Shown here: one piece after another, positions 16,447 to 26,008 of the stretch
Numbering within the stretch: position 1 is the stretch's first letter
Layout: each line of letters opens with the position of its first letter
DNA from: Candidatus Bathyarchaeota archaeon
GTDB lineage: Archaea; Thermoproteota; CALKCG01; B24
NCBI GenBank assembly: GCA_018396755.1
Contig: JAGTQM010000002.1
Span: 91,609 to 155,608, forward strand
Length of the DNA: 64,000 nt
Reading direction: 5' to 3'
The notes under the pieces: generated by a model
Databases searched by the model: none
The model's input: only the letters and a program-made list of their open reading frames with translations
Told to the model about the DNA's origin: nothing
Position numbers and translations under genes: made by a program

Positions 16447-18572
16447 ACTCTTACTTCAATTGGCTTCTCAAGAAACTGAGTGTTCCAAAGTTTAGCGTAC
16501 AATCCATCCTTCCGCAGAAGCTCTTCATGCGTTCCAACTTCCACTATTCTACCGTTATCTACAACTATCAGCCTATCGGCGTCTTTAACTGTGCTAAGCC
16601 TATGAGCTATTATTATTGTAGTTCTCCCTCTGGATATTTCATCTAAAGCCTTCTTAATTGAATCTTCTGTAATGGTGTCAACGCTGCTTGTCGCTTCATC
16701 TAGTATGAGTACCCGCGGGTTTGATATTATTGCCCTAGCTATGGCTATTCTCTGCTTCTCCCCACCAGATAGCATACTTCCACCTTCACCGCACGGCATA
16801 TCGTAACCTAAAGGCTTCTGGATGATAAAATCATGAGCCGCAGCTATCTTAGCGGCAGCTATTATTTCCTCTAAAGACGCGTCAGGTTTACCATAACTTA
16901 TGTTGTTTGCTATAGTATCGTTAAATAACCTAGGTTCTTGACTTACTATACCTATTTGTCTTCTAAGACTCTCAAGACGAATCTTCCTTATATCCACACC
17001 ATCTATTAATATTCTACCTTCATCTACGTCGTAAAACCTCATGAGAAGCTTTACGATTGTTGTCTTCCCTCCTCCAGTTGGTCCAACTATACCTATCTTT
17101 TCACCTGGTTTTATTTCAAAGCTTACATTCTTTAGAACGTACATGTATGGTAGGTACCCGAAGGATACGTTATCAAACACGATGCTACCTTCAACTTTCA
17201 AATTCACGCTATCAGTTTCGTCTCTAATCTTAGACTCCATGCCCATAATATTTTGAATCCTTTCACCAGCAGTGCTAGCTCTTTTCATGGGTTCAACCAT
17301 GCTTACAAGAGTCCATATTGGACTGTAAAACTGACTAACGTAGGAAATAAAGGCTGAAAGAGTTCCAAGGGTTAAAGTACCTCCTAAAACCTCATAGCCT
17401 CCAATCCACCAAATTACCGCCGTTCCAGCAGACATAACGAAGCCCAGCATTGGAAAGAACTGTAGGTTAAGCTTTGTTGATCTTAAACCAGCTATGATAA
17501 CGTCGCTGAGTTTAAGCTTGAGTTTTTCTTCTTCAGCCTTCTCCATGACGTGGGATTTAACTGTTGGGAGGCCTGGTATAACATCCACGAGTAAAGCCGA
17601 TACGTCAGTCCATCTTCTCCACTCGTAGTGGTACACCCATCTAGATTTTACGTTAAAGAGGAAGACTCCAAGCCCAAGTATAGGTAACGGGATTAAAGCG
17701 ATTAAGCTTAGCCTAGGTTCCAATACAAGGATCATCATTGCTACGGATGCAAGCGACACCATGCTTCTTAAAAGTTGTTCAAGCCCCCATGATAAGAACC
17801 AATTAACCCTACTAACGTCATCGGTTATCCTGGATATTAAGCGTCCAGCTTCATAAGTATCGAGTATACTCGGCTGAAAGCTCATGATGTGATTGAACAT
17901 TTTAACCCTCATATCATACATGGCTTTAAGGCTTACATAGGATAGACTATAGCTACGCACCACTCCAAGTACCGAGCTTACTGCTTGAGTAAGTATTATC
18001 GCTACAATTACTTGCGATAGAAGCTCTTCTTTATGTCCTAAAATAACGTCATCTATAAGCATTCTCATGAAGTATGGCGGTAAAAGCCCCAGGAAAATGC
18101 TAGTGATCCCTGTTAGCATTCCTATGGTAAGGATTAACCTGTACGGCATGACGAATTTTAAAATGTATAGTAGGGGACCAGTTTTAAACTTAGGTTTTTC
18201 TCCACCTACCTCTTCGGAAAGCTGTTCTACTTCAACTTCTCTTAAAAGCGTTAGATTTTCTATGAGCCTAGCAGCATCTCCAAACTTCTTCCTAAGGGAT
18301 CGTGAAAACCTTACAAGCGGAATAGTCGAATTATCTTTTAAAGTGATCTTAAGCTCGGCATTTCCAACATAGTCATCTATTTTAACGGAACTTATATCCA
18401 TCAGATTTACTGACTTTTCAACCTTAAGGTCAGCATCAGCTACGGCTACTCTTCTATTGGTGATTATGAGAAAATTGCTACCGAACAGCCCGTCTTTCGT
18501 GAGGTCGCTTTCAAAGCATGCAAGGAGCTTTTCCCCTTCCTGAAGTATACGCTCAAAGTCCTTATGTTGCAT
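16443..18572 (-). CDS. Fused ABC exporter (6-TM domain + NBD) with ~130-aa N-terminal PH-like domain
   Basis: Walker A GPTGGGKTT, signature LSGGEKQRIAIARA, Walker B VLILDEATS, H-loop IIAHR. The N-terminal segment (GSNFLIITNRRVAVAD...VKIDDYVGNAELKITLKD) resembles bacterial PH/GRAM-like domains. Confidence 0.9.
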   Translation of the reverse strand: MQHKDFERILQEGEKLLACFESDLTKDGLFGSNFLIITNRRVAVADADLKVEKSVNLMDISSVKIDDYVGNAELKITLKDNSTIPLVRFSRSLRKKFGDAARLIENLTLLREVEVEQLSEEVGGEKPKFKTGPLLYILKFVMPYRLILTIGMLTGITSIFLGLLPPYFMRMLIDDVILGHKEELLSQVIVAIILTQAVSSVLGVVRSYSLSYVSLKAMYDMRVKMFNHIMSFQPSILDTYEAGRLISRITDDVSRVNWFLSWGLEQLLRSMVSLASVAMMILVLEPRLSLIALIPLPILGLGVFLFNVKSRWVYHYEWRRWTDVSALLVDVIPGLPTVKSHVMEKAEEEKLKLKLSDVIIAGLRSTKLNLQFFPMLGFVMSAGTAVIWWIGGYEVLGGTLTLGTLSAFISYVSQFYSPIWTLVSMVEPMKRASTAGERIQNIMGMESKIRDETDSVNLKVEGSIVFDNVSFGYLPYMYVLKNVSFEIKPGEKIGIVGPTGGGKTTIVKLLMRFYDVDEGRILIDGVDIRKIRLESLRRQIGIVSQEPRLFNDTIANNISYGKPDASLEEIIAAAKIAAAHDFIIQKPLGYDMPCGEGGSMLSGGEKQRIAIARAIISNPRVLILDEATSSVDTITEDSIKKALDEISRGRTTIIIAHRLSTVKDADRLIVVDNGRIVEVGTHEELLRKDGLYAKLWNTQFLEKPIEVRV

Positions 18573-18723
18573 TTCCTTCTTCTGGAAATAAGAGGGGAGC
18601 TTTTAAACTTTATTGTAATGTATCTTGATCAACAGTTGGATTGCGGGGAGTATTTTATAGTATGCAAAGTGAGAATACAACATTTAACCGTTAGAGCCAC
18701 ACTATTATGATTCGAAGATTGAT

Positions 18724-19260
18724 ATGGCTGAAGCTCATGTGAAGGATGTTAAAATTGAAGTTAAACGTGGAAGTCTTCTAGAGCTTGAAGTAGATGCCAT
18801 TGTAAATCCAGCTAACAGTATGCTTACCATGGGGGGTGGAGTAGCTGGAGCTATTAAACGTGCAGGTGGAGAAGAAATAGAGAAAGAAGCTGTTGAAAAC
18901 GCCCCTCTTCCAATTGGTAAAGCCATAGTAACATCGGCGGGTAGACTTAAAGCTAAAAATGTGATACATGCCCCAACTATGGAAAAGCCAGGCCCCACAA
19001 CAGTTGAAAACATTTACAAAGCCACGTATGCGGCTTTAGAATTGGCATGCAATATGAATTTTAGAAGTATAGCGATTCCTGGTATGGGTACAGGTGTTGG
19101 AGGGCTATCCCCTAATAAAGCGGCTAAAGCTATGTTTAAGGCTTTAGAAGAACACTTGAATAAAGGTTTAAAGGTTGAACGCATAATCTTCATAGACTTA
19201 AACGAAGAAGTTGTTAACGCTTTTAAAAAAACCCTTAAACATTTTATAGAAAGGCATTGA
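18724..19260 (+). CDS. Macro-domain protein (ADP-ribose binding/hydrolase)
   Basis: 178 aa. AIVNPANSMLTMGGGVAGAIKRAGG and IAIPGMGTGVGG macro-domain motifs. Confidence 0.85.
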   Translation: MAEAHVKDVKIEVKRGSLLELEVDAIVNPANSMLTMGGGVAGAIKRAGGEEIEKEAVENAPLPIGKAIVTSAGRLKAKNVIHAPTMEKPGPTTVENIYKATYAALELACNMNFRSIAIPGMGTGVGGLSPNKAAKAMFKALEEHLNKGLKVERIIFIDLNEEVVNAFKKTLKHFIERH

Positions 19261-19810
19261 GAATTGTGCAATTATTCTTTATTTTATCTGTAGATGCTAG
19301 AGTTCGAATTCTATCAACACCCCTTATCTCCCTAATATACTCTGCTACTGGTTTTGGCACAAGTTCCTCCCAACTATCACCTGAGACCATTCTCCTACGT
19401 ATTTCCGTGGCACTGTAAAGCTCACGTTTAAAGAATGGTATGGAAGAAAGCTTAAACCTTCCATCTTCCTCAAAAAGTCTCTTAGTCAAAGGCTCATTTG
19501 TAAAGACTATTTGGAAGCTGGGCGTTAATGAAATTACATGTTCAACCCACAAGGAATGTGTATGAATATCTGGGATTGGAAGTGTTAGAAACCTTCTCCT
19601 TTCTATTCCAACCCATTCTAAAGCGTTAATTATCATCGTTATTCTCTCTCCAGCTGTGAAGGGGTTTTTTAGAGAGTGACTGTATTGGGAGCTTCCGATT
19701 CCTATAATAACCTCATCAACTCTTTCGAGAATCCACTTAACGGCTTCAAGATGCCCTAAGTGGAAAGGTTGAAAACGTCCTATGTAAAGCCCCTTCAAGG
19801 TACTATTCAA
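19244..19810 (-). CDS. Nicotinamide-nucleotide adenylyltransferase (archaeal type)
   Basis: GLYIGRFQPFHLGH nucleotidyltransferase motif and SATEIRRRM; 188 aa. Confidence 0.85.
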   Translation of the reverse strand: MNSTLKGLYIGRFQPFHLGHLEAVKWILERVDEVIIGIGSSQYSHSLKNPFTAGERITMIINALEWVGIERRRFLTLPIPDIHTHSLWVEHVISLTPSFQIVFTNEPLTKRLFEEDGRFKLSSIPFFKRELYSATEIRRRMVSGDSWEELVPKPVAEYIREIRGVDRIRTLASTDKIKNNCTILNAFL

Positions 19811-19839
19811 TTTAAGGTGTCACCTTGAAACTGCAAAAT

Positions 19840-20235
19840 CTACTTAAGCGGAACGTACATGCTAGATCTAGATGCACCTATTCCTGGGCTTCCATGTACG
19901 ACACGTTTATTAGTATACGCGAATTCTCCGAGTTTATGACCTATCATTTCAGGAGTTATTTTAACTGGTGTAAACTCTTTTCCATTGTGGACGGCTATCG
20001 TAAGTCCAACCATTTCAGGTAGTATAACCATGTCTCTACAATGCGTCTTAATAACTTTAGTTGACCCAGTTTTAGCAGCCTTCCTAACTTTTTCAAGTAA
20101 GGCGCTCTGCTCCTTGGATAGCCCTCTTAGAAGGGAGCGCCTAGCTCTAGATGGTAAGAGCACTATAAACTTGTCTATAGGCATTTTCCTAAGCTCATCG
20201 ATTGTATAGCCTCTGTACGTAAATTCTTTAGGCAT
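19840..20235 (-). CDS. rps19: 30S ribosomal protein uS19
   Basis: [18 protein letters not shown]...[14 protein letters not shown] is typical archaeal S19. ATG 20235 is preferred over the track's TTG 20247. Confidence 0.9.
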   Translation of the reverse strand: MPKEFTYRGYTIDELRKMPIDKFIVLLPSRARRSLLRGLSKEQSALLEKVRKAAKTGSTKVIKTHCRDMVILPEMVGLTIAVHNGKEFTPVKITPEMIGHKLGEFAYTNKRVVHGSPGIGASRSSMYVPLK

Positions 20236-20264
20236 TGAAACACCCAAATATCAGAGGTTAAGCG

Positions 20265-20273
20265 TTAATAAAA
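20265..20273 (-). promoter_or_regulatory. TATA-like box (TTTTATTAA on the - strand) for uS19
   Basis: Centre lies ~34 nt upstream of ATG 20235, the same geometry as other first-gene promoters in this window. Confidence 0.4.
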
Positions 20274-20369
20274 GGTTTACTCTCATAAATCGTACTACTG
20301 TCTTATAGCCTGGGAATTAGCCTGAAAAGGGTGAGCATGGAATAGGCTTACATTTGATGGGATAAATAT

Positions 20370-22133
20370 CTAAAGAAGACCAAAATTCCTAAGAAGGATC
20401 TCTTCATTATTCGAGGTTCTTATGAAGACTGGTACATTTCTACGTTTTGTAGCTTTGTAAGATACGAAAAGCCATTCACCTATATCTAATGTCGTAGTCT
20501 TTTCAAGTACATCGTAGCTTAAGGAAAATGCGTCTGCTATGACCATACGGTCATAAAATCTAGGAAGCGTACTTACAAAATAACTGTGTAATTGCTGTAG
20601 CGCGTTAACATTCAGATGAGCAACCCGTTGGGTGGCAAGCCAACAGTGAGCTCTATATTTACGTCCCTGTCTAAGTAACATTTCAACTGCTCTATTGGAG
20701 TTTTCTGTTTTATCCTCGCTACGAACTCTGTCAGGTATATACTCTTGTGCTTCATCTAAAACCGTTAAAACTCTAGCACCTAAGCCGCTAGTTTTCTTAA
20801 GTAGGAGAAGCTTATCTATGAATCTCGAGACCGTTATCCTCGCCTGTATAGGCTCAGGAACGTAAACTATGGTGAGTCCCGGTGTATTCCCAGCCCATAT
20901 TTCAAAGGCAAGTTCTTCAGGCATAGTCACGAGTTTCTCGTGAGATACTGTAAGTCCGTATTCAGCAAATTCCAATATGGATTCTAAATCTGATTTTAAA
21001 CCAGCTCTATCGGAGAGGCTTAACGTCAATTTTTTTAAAACGTCTAGAAAGATCTCACAAGTTTCTTTGTCTGCTAGTATCTCTCTTAAAGGAGTTTCCT
21101 CTGTTAAACCTTTATCTACAATAAGCAGTTTGACGAGGTCGCTATAAGCTCTTTTAGCGGCTACAGCACCAGATCTCCCGGATTCAAAAGTACTTCTGAG
21201 GGAGTTAAGTACGTCATTTAATATAAGTTCGTAAGACTCAGATACGGATAGAAGTTTTAATCGATCTTCGTTCATAAGCCTTTCATATATGATTTCTATG
21301 AAGCGACTGTCGATTTTCTCTTCAAGAGTTTCAGGTATAACCTGAGATTGTATAAGTCTGTCTAAGTTTAATAGGCTCCTTTCTGACACGTAAAACCGAC
21401 CGTTTTGAAGAATATCTAAAAGGTGAATAGAGTATTCGCCAGCGACGTCGAAAACGATTACTTTAAGATCGTCAATGGATTCCATAGCCTTCCTTATTAA
21501 GAAGGCGGTTAAATTGGATTTACCTACACCTGTAAAGCCGAAAACCCCCATATGATATCTGACGAGGTTTACCATGTTGATCTTTAAATCTATGTCAAAA
21601 CCAAGGAGAGAGCCAACTTCAACACCCTCATCATAGCATAGGAACAGTTTAACAGCATCATCTGAAAGTAGATGCACATAAGCTCCAGCAAGGGGAGATA
21701 AAGGAGATTTTATAAACTTCAATTCGTCACTTTTCACGTCTAGTTTATAGCCTGTGGGAATAGCGTATACGTCTATCCAAGCTTCTTCACTCTTTTCCCA
21801 CCCTTCTCTAACTTTGTCTAAAAGCTCAAGCCTTATGACTTTGGGTACTGAAGAGTCTATGCTAGGCATTTGGAAGTGAGTAGCTTTTAAGCCTACTATC
21901 TCATATATCAGATAGGTGAGACCTTCGGAAGTCTCCCTTTCAATCGCTATAAAACATGGATTATGGAGTTTATCGAAAACCTTGTAGAGGAATTTCGCCT
22001 CTATCGTAGCCAGCTGACTTGAGAGAGCTATTTCACCTTCTCTAAGCCTAGTAGATCTTACAACAGTTCTAACCTCTTTTAATCTGGCTTCAAATAAGCC
22101 ACCTAGATCATCGAACAAAATTAGCCTATTCAA
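20370..22133 (-). CDS. HerA-family (FtsK/DUF87-like) hexameric ATPase
   Basis: 587 aa. Walker A GFTGVGKSN, Walker B VLTVLDEAQEY, RQGRKYRAHCWLATQR arginine-finger region, N-terminal barrel-like domain. A helical insert lies between Walker A and B. Confidence 0.8.
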   Translation of the reverse strand: MNRLILFDDLGGLFEARLKEVRTVVRSTRLREGEIALSSQLATIEAKFLYKVFDKLHNPCFIAIERETSEGLTYLIYEIVGLKATHFQMPSIDSSVPKVIRLELLDKVREGWEKSEEAWIDVYAIPTGYKLDVKSDELKFIKSPLSPLAGAYVHLLSDDAVKLFLCYDEGVEVGSLLGFDIDLKINMVNLVRYHMGVFGFTGVGKSNLTAFLIRKAMESIDDLKVIVFDVAGEYSIHLLDILQNGRFYVSERSLLNLDRLIQSQVIPETLEEKIDSRFIEIIYERLMNEDRLKLLSVSESYELILNDVLNSLRSTFESGRSGAVAAKRAYSDLVKLLIVDKGLTEETPLREILADKETCEIFLDVLKKLTLSLSDRAGLKSDLESILEFAEYGLTVSHEKLVTMPEELAFEIWAGNTPGLTIVYVPEPIQARITVSRFIDKLLLLKKTSGLGARVLTVLDEAQEYIPDRVRSEDKTENSNRAVEMLLRQGRKYRAHCWLATQRVAHLNVNALQQLHSYFVSTLPRFYDRMVIADAFSLSYDVLEKTTTLDIGEWLFVSYKATKRRNVPVFIRTSNNEEILLRNFGLL

Positions 22134-22186
22134 ATTCCACCATTTAGAATATACTCTACGAATCCATAAATCTTTCTAAGCCACTT

Positions 22187-23950
22187 TCAACCGCCCAGTC
22201 TCCGGCTTACTTCAAGAATTCTACGTAGCTCCCGGTAACTTCTAAAGGTGAACAATCTTCTTCTAGAGGCTAAAGGTGCAAGTTCAAGTTCAGCTATCGT
22301 TCTTAGAGAACTCTTCATAAATTCGACCTCGACCTTAACTGCTTTATCAGCTAGATAGAGGAGCTGATTATATCCGTAAGCCTCTAAAACCTCAGGGTTA
22401 TCCATAAGTGAAAGTAAGTAGAGTATCAAATTATCTAAGAGGCTAGGTTTTTGACCCTCAAAAACGGGTCTAATTGTTATCGTGCTGCCATCATCCTTGA
22501 GATTGAAGGGATCCCCAAGTTTATCAAATGAAGGATTAAATGGTCTATCGTACATGAAAACCATGGAGCGGACTGCTTCATCAGCCTCAAGACTCTTAAG
22601 TTGAAAGCTCACCCTAATGAATAAAGCTTCCCTAGAAACAACTTTTCTAGCGGGTTTAAACCCTTCAATCTTGGAAAAGCTGATAGTTGTAAAACATGAA
22701 TCGTAGCAAGGGGTTCTCCAAGGTGTTTTAATGAGGTCGTAGTTTAAAGAGCTTAAAAGACTTAGAAAACGTCTATTGTTCCTTATGGATGGAATGGATT
22801 GTTCGACTTTGATAGAACCTTTAAAACACATAAACGGTATTACAGATCTCACGATTTCAGAAGCCTCCGTATCTTTAGCTATACCGACTAAAATAGTACG
22901 ATTAACTAATGCTCTGCGTAAAAGTTCGTAGAGTAAAAATAGGTTTAGAAGATTTACATCGTGGGATGTCAGCCAAGATTCTCCAATCCTCAGAGGATAG
23001 TCAACCCCCTTAAATATCCTGTTAGAGATTTCCATAGATGCCTCGTAGACTCTATCCCAATATCCGAAAGCCTCATCTTCTAATCTAAGTATATTCCCAA
23101 ACTCATCGATTATCTTGGACTTAAACGCCTCCTCTCTAAGATGAATATGCCTTAAGATTTTCTCAAGTCTTGCGACGTCTACATTTAAAATCACACAAGC
23201 CTCTTCTTTAGAAAGCTCATGTCTCTCAAAAAGGGCTTTAATAAGGGCAAATTCAGAGTAGGGTTTTCTAGGGGGAACATAGAAGCATCCAGGTCCAAGG
23301 ATGCTGGCAATCCAAATATCTGTAAGTGAAACTCTCCCCTTGGTTGTTTCCATAGACGTTAATATAGAATCTCTAGAGCTGAGGATTATTCTAGAAGATT
23401 TTAAGAGGGAGGGATAAGTTCCAGATAGAGGTCTATCTAACAGTAAGAGCTTAACAGTAGGGTTTTCAATAGACTTTAAAGCAAGAAATAGCTCAGCCAT
23501 CGTCATAATAGATATGGGTATAGCTTCAGCAATACGTCGAACTTCATATTCAAAGCTTATAGATAATCCTCGTGAAATGTTTAGAAGATCTTCCACCCAA
23601 AGCGGTATAGCTGCTGACGCTGAAAGCTGCATATCTCTAACAGCGTTTCTGATATCTACAGAAACATCATCTCGTCCAACATAGAGAGGACACTTATAAC
23701 CTGTAGCGTAAACGTAAAACAGTAGGAGATCTAAATGCTCATCGAAGTCCATAGAGCCGTCTATACCTACAGCTGTCCACCCTCCCTCACCGATCAGTTT
23801 CTTAGCACTCTCTAAACACTCTCTGGAGTCTATATTCCTGAATAGTCGTAGAAGGTCATTACGCTTCTGAAGGACTTTAACCCTATCCTCAAAAAGCTCT
23901 ATTACTTGTTTAGTTTGAACCCTAAGCTTTTTAGAAACTTCAGAGTCCAT
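22187..23950 (-). CDS. NurA-family nuclease (enlarged, 587 aa)
   Basis: NurA-type motifs in order: AVGIDGS, MAELF, LLLDRPLSG, VGIAKDTEAS, YGYNQLLYLADKAV. ATG 23950 is preferred over TTG 23962. Confidence 0.65.
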   Translation of the reverse strand: MDSEVSKKLRVQTKQVIELFEDRVKVLQKRNDLLRLFRNIDSRECLESAKKLIGEGGWTAVGIDGSMDFDEHLDLLLFYVYATGYKCPLYVGRDDVSVDIRNAVRDMQLSASAAIPLWVEDLLNISRGLSISFEYEVRRIAEAIPISIMTMAELFLALKSIENPTVKLLLLDRPLSGTYPSLLKSSRIILSSRDSILTSMETTKGRVSLTDIWIASILGPGCFYVPPRKPYSEFALIKALFERHELSKEEACVILNVDVARLEKILRHIHLREEAFKSKIIDEFGNILRLEDEAFGYWDRVYEASMEISNRIFKGVDYPLRIGESWLTSHDVNLLNLFLLYELLRRALVNRTILVGIAKDTEASEIVRSVIPFMCFKGSIKVEQSIPSIRNNRRFLSLLSSLNYDLIKTPWRTPCYDSCFTTISFSKIEGFKPARKVVSREALFIRVSFQLKSLEADEAVRSMVFMYDRPFNPSFDKLGDPFNLKDDGSTITIRPVFEGQKPSLLDNLILYLLSLMDNPEVLEAYGYNQLLYLADKAVKVEVEFMKSSLRTIAELELAPLASRRRLFTFRSYRELRRILEVSRRLGG

Positions 23951-23981
23951 TTCCTTCAACAATAGAAGACCGTTACGAAAC

Positions 23982-23989
23982 TTATAAAA
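23982..23989 (-). promoter_or_regulatory. TATA-like box (TTTTATAA on the - strand) for the NurA/HerA unit
   Basis: Centre lies ~35 nt upstream of ATG 23950, inside the 159-bp spacer after the uL2 stop. Confidence 0.4.
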
Positions 23990-24121
23990 CGTTTGCCAAT
24001 AGCGATTCCTTGAATTAACCCTGTATGTTTCCTACTGCTTCTCAAGTGTTCTTACACGTCTAAATTATGGACAAGTTCAAATAGTGCTCCAAATAGCACC
24101 ATTAGTAAAGTTAAACTTTTC

Positions 24122-24877
24122 TTAAACAGACGATTTAACGGTTTTTCGAATCCTAGCGCCTCTACCAGCTTTCTTAGCAGCTATAAGCCCGACTTTAGCG
24201 CCAGGTGGAGCAGTCTTACCAACAGTCGTTGATTTACCTGGATGCTGATGTCTACCGCCGCCATGTGGATGGTAAACTGCAGCCATAGCAACTCCTCGAA
24301 CAGTTGGATATTTACGGCCTCTAGCCTTCATCAACTTAAGCTTTGCACCAGCTTTTAGGAATGGTTTTTCAATTCTACCGCCCCCGGCAACTACACCAAT
24401 TGTTGCTCTACATATCTCATTTAATACTATTGTTTTACCTGATGGCATTTTCACTACAACTCCAGTATCTGTATGCGCTAAAACTACTCCGTAACTCCCA
24501 GAAGCCCTTAGAAGTTTACCTCCATCGCCGGGATTTTTCTCGACATTACATATTATAGTACCATCAGGTATATCGGAGAGGGGTAGAGTGTTTCCGATTT
24601 TAAACGAGGCTTTTGACCCCATTTCAACAATATCGTTAACACCTAAACCTTCACACGCAACCATGTGATAACGTATACCATTTTCAAGCTCTATTAATGC
24701 CAGCGGAGCACCTCTACCGGAATCGTGAAGAAGATCGACGACAACACCTTTAATAATGCCATCTCTGGGTAAAACTGCTAGAGGTGGATATCTAGAGGGG
24801 GCTATTCTTCTATGAGTTGGTGCTGTGAAAGTTTGAGAACCTTTACCTCTTCTTTGGACGAGAATTCTTTTACCCAT
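24122..24877 (-). CDS. rpl2: 50S ribosomal protein uL2
   Basis: MGKRILVQRRGKG..., GGGRIEKP and HPHGGG motifs; 251 aa. Confidence 0.92.
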   Translation of the reverse strand: MGKRILVQRRGKGSQTFTAPTHRRIAPSRYPPLAVLPRDGIIKGVVVDLLHDSGRGAPLALIELENGIRYHMVACEGLGVNDIVEMGSKASFKIGNTLPLSDIPDGTIICNVEKNPGDGGKLLRASGSYGVVLAHTDTGVVVKMPSGKTIVLNEICRATIGVVAGGGRIEKPFLKAGAKLKLMKARGRKYPTVRGVAMAAVYHPHGGGRHQHPGKSTTVGKTAPPGAKVGLIAAKKAGRGARIRKTVKSSV

Positions 24878-24894
24878 TTTAGATCACTTCACCA

Positions 24895-25191
24895 TTATAG
24901 TATTCCAAGTCTAACTGCGATGTCTGAGGCATTATATTCGGGGCTGAGCGTTATATATGCTTTCTTACGTCCATCGGGCATTGTAGCAGTCCCAACTTTA
25001 GACACTTTAACGTTGAAGAATTTCTCAAAAGCTCTTTTAACATCGTTCTTTGACGCTTTAATATTAACTATAAAAGTTAATTTATTCTGGGATTCTATTA
25101 GATTTATTGCCTTTTCAGTCATAAGAGGATATAGAAGAATATTAGACAGCCATACATTTTCCATAAATTTTACATCCGCATTTTTACTCAT
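24895..25191 (-). CDS. rpl23: 50S ribosomal protein uL23
   Basis: 98 aa. LLYPLMTEKA...NKLTFIV....K.DVK.A.E..F.VKV pattern, positioned between uL4 and uL2. Confidence 0.9.
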   Translation of the reverse strand: MSKNADVKFMENVWLSNILLYPLMTEKAINLIESQNKLTFIVNIKASKNDVKRAFEKFFNVKVSKVGTATMPDGRKKAYITLSPEYNASDIAVRLGIL

Positions 25192-25195
25192 AGTT

Positions 25196-25999
25196 TCACT
25201 CCTTTTCTCTAAATATAGATCTTAAAGCAACTATACTGGATCTATCCCATATTGTAAGCCTACCAGGATTACCTCCAGGTGCTAAAACCTCCACATTAAC
25301 GTTTCTAAGTTCTACTACATCGACACCTGGAATATTTCTAGCGGATAATCCTATACCATTGTCTCTAGCCACTACTAGAAGTGGACCTTTACCACCTTTA
25401 TACTTCCTACCTCTCATCTTACCTTTACCAGCTCTAATCTTACTCATACTATTCTTAACTCTCAACACATCATCCCAGACGCCTAGGTTTTTAAATAGAA
25501 AAACAACATCTTTCGTCTTCTTTAAAGATTGAACATCATCTACAATCACCAACGGGAAGTATTTAGCTTTCTCAACCCTATGTCCTCTAGCTTGTACATA
25601 ATCCTTAGACGCTGTAGCAGCTATAGCTGAACTTAACGCTAGAAGCTTCTCCTTCTTATTCACTCTTTTATAGATGTCTTTTTCAGGCTTAGGTGGATGC
25701 GTAAGCCTACCACCTACAGCTAAGGGGACAAATGAAGCTCTAGTAGTACCTTTAAGCCTCGGAACTCTTGATAGACCCCTACCTACGCCTAAGTATTCAA
25801 CAACATGACGTTTACCAGCTAGTTCATCCCTACCCTTTCTTTGAAGTCTATGACTTTGAAGAGCTACAACAACCCGATGTATTAAATCTGGACGAATATC
25901 CATCGTAAAGACTTTTGGAGTTTTCACCCTACCTACAACTTTACCGTCTAAGCTTAAGACTCTCAAGAAGGCCTCGGAACCAGTCTTAGACAAGAGCAA
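25196..25999 (-). CDS. rpl4: 50S ribosomal protein uL4
   Basis: 267 aa with an archaeal L4 pattern (RKGRDELAGKRH..., VGGRLTHPPK). SD AAGGTGG upstream; an alternative TTG start is at 25993. Confidence 0.9.
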   Translation of the reverse strand: MLLSKTGSEAFLRVLSLDGKVVGRVKTPKVFTMDIRPDLIHRVVVALQSHRLQRKGRDELAGKRHVVEYLGVGRGLSRVPRLKGTTRASFVPLAVGGRLTHPPKPEKDIYKRVNKKEKLLALSSAIAATASKDYVQARGHRVEKAKYFPLVIVDDVQSLKKTKDVVFLFKNLGVWDDVLRVKNSMSKIRAGKGKMRGRKYKGGKGPLLVVARDNGIGLSARNIPGVDVVELRNVNVEVLAPGGNPGRLTIWDRSSIVALRSIFREKE

Positions 26000-26008
26000 C
26001 CACCTTCA

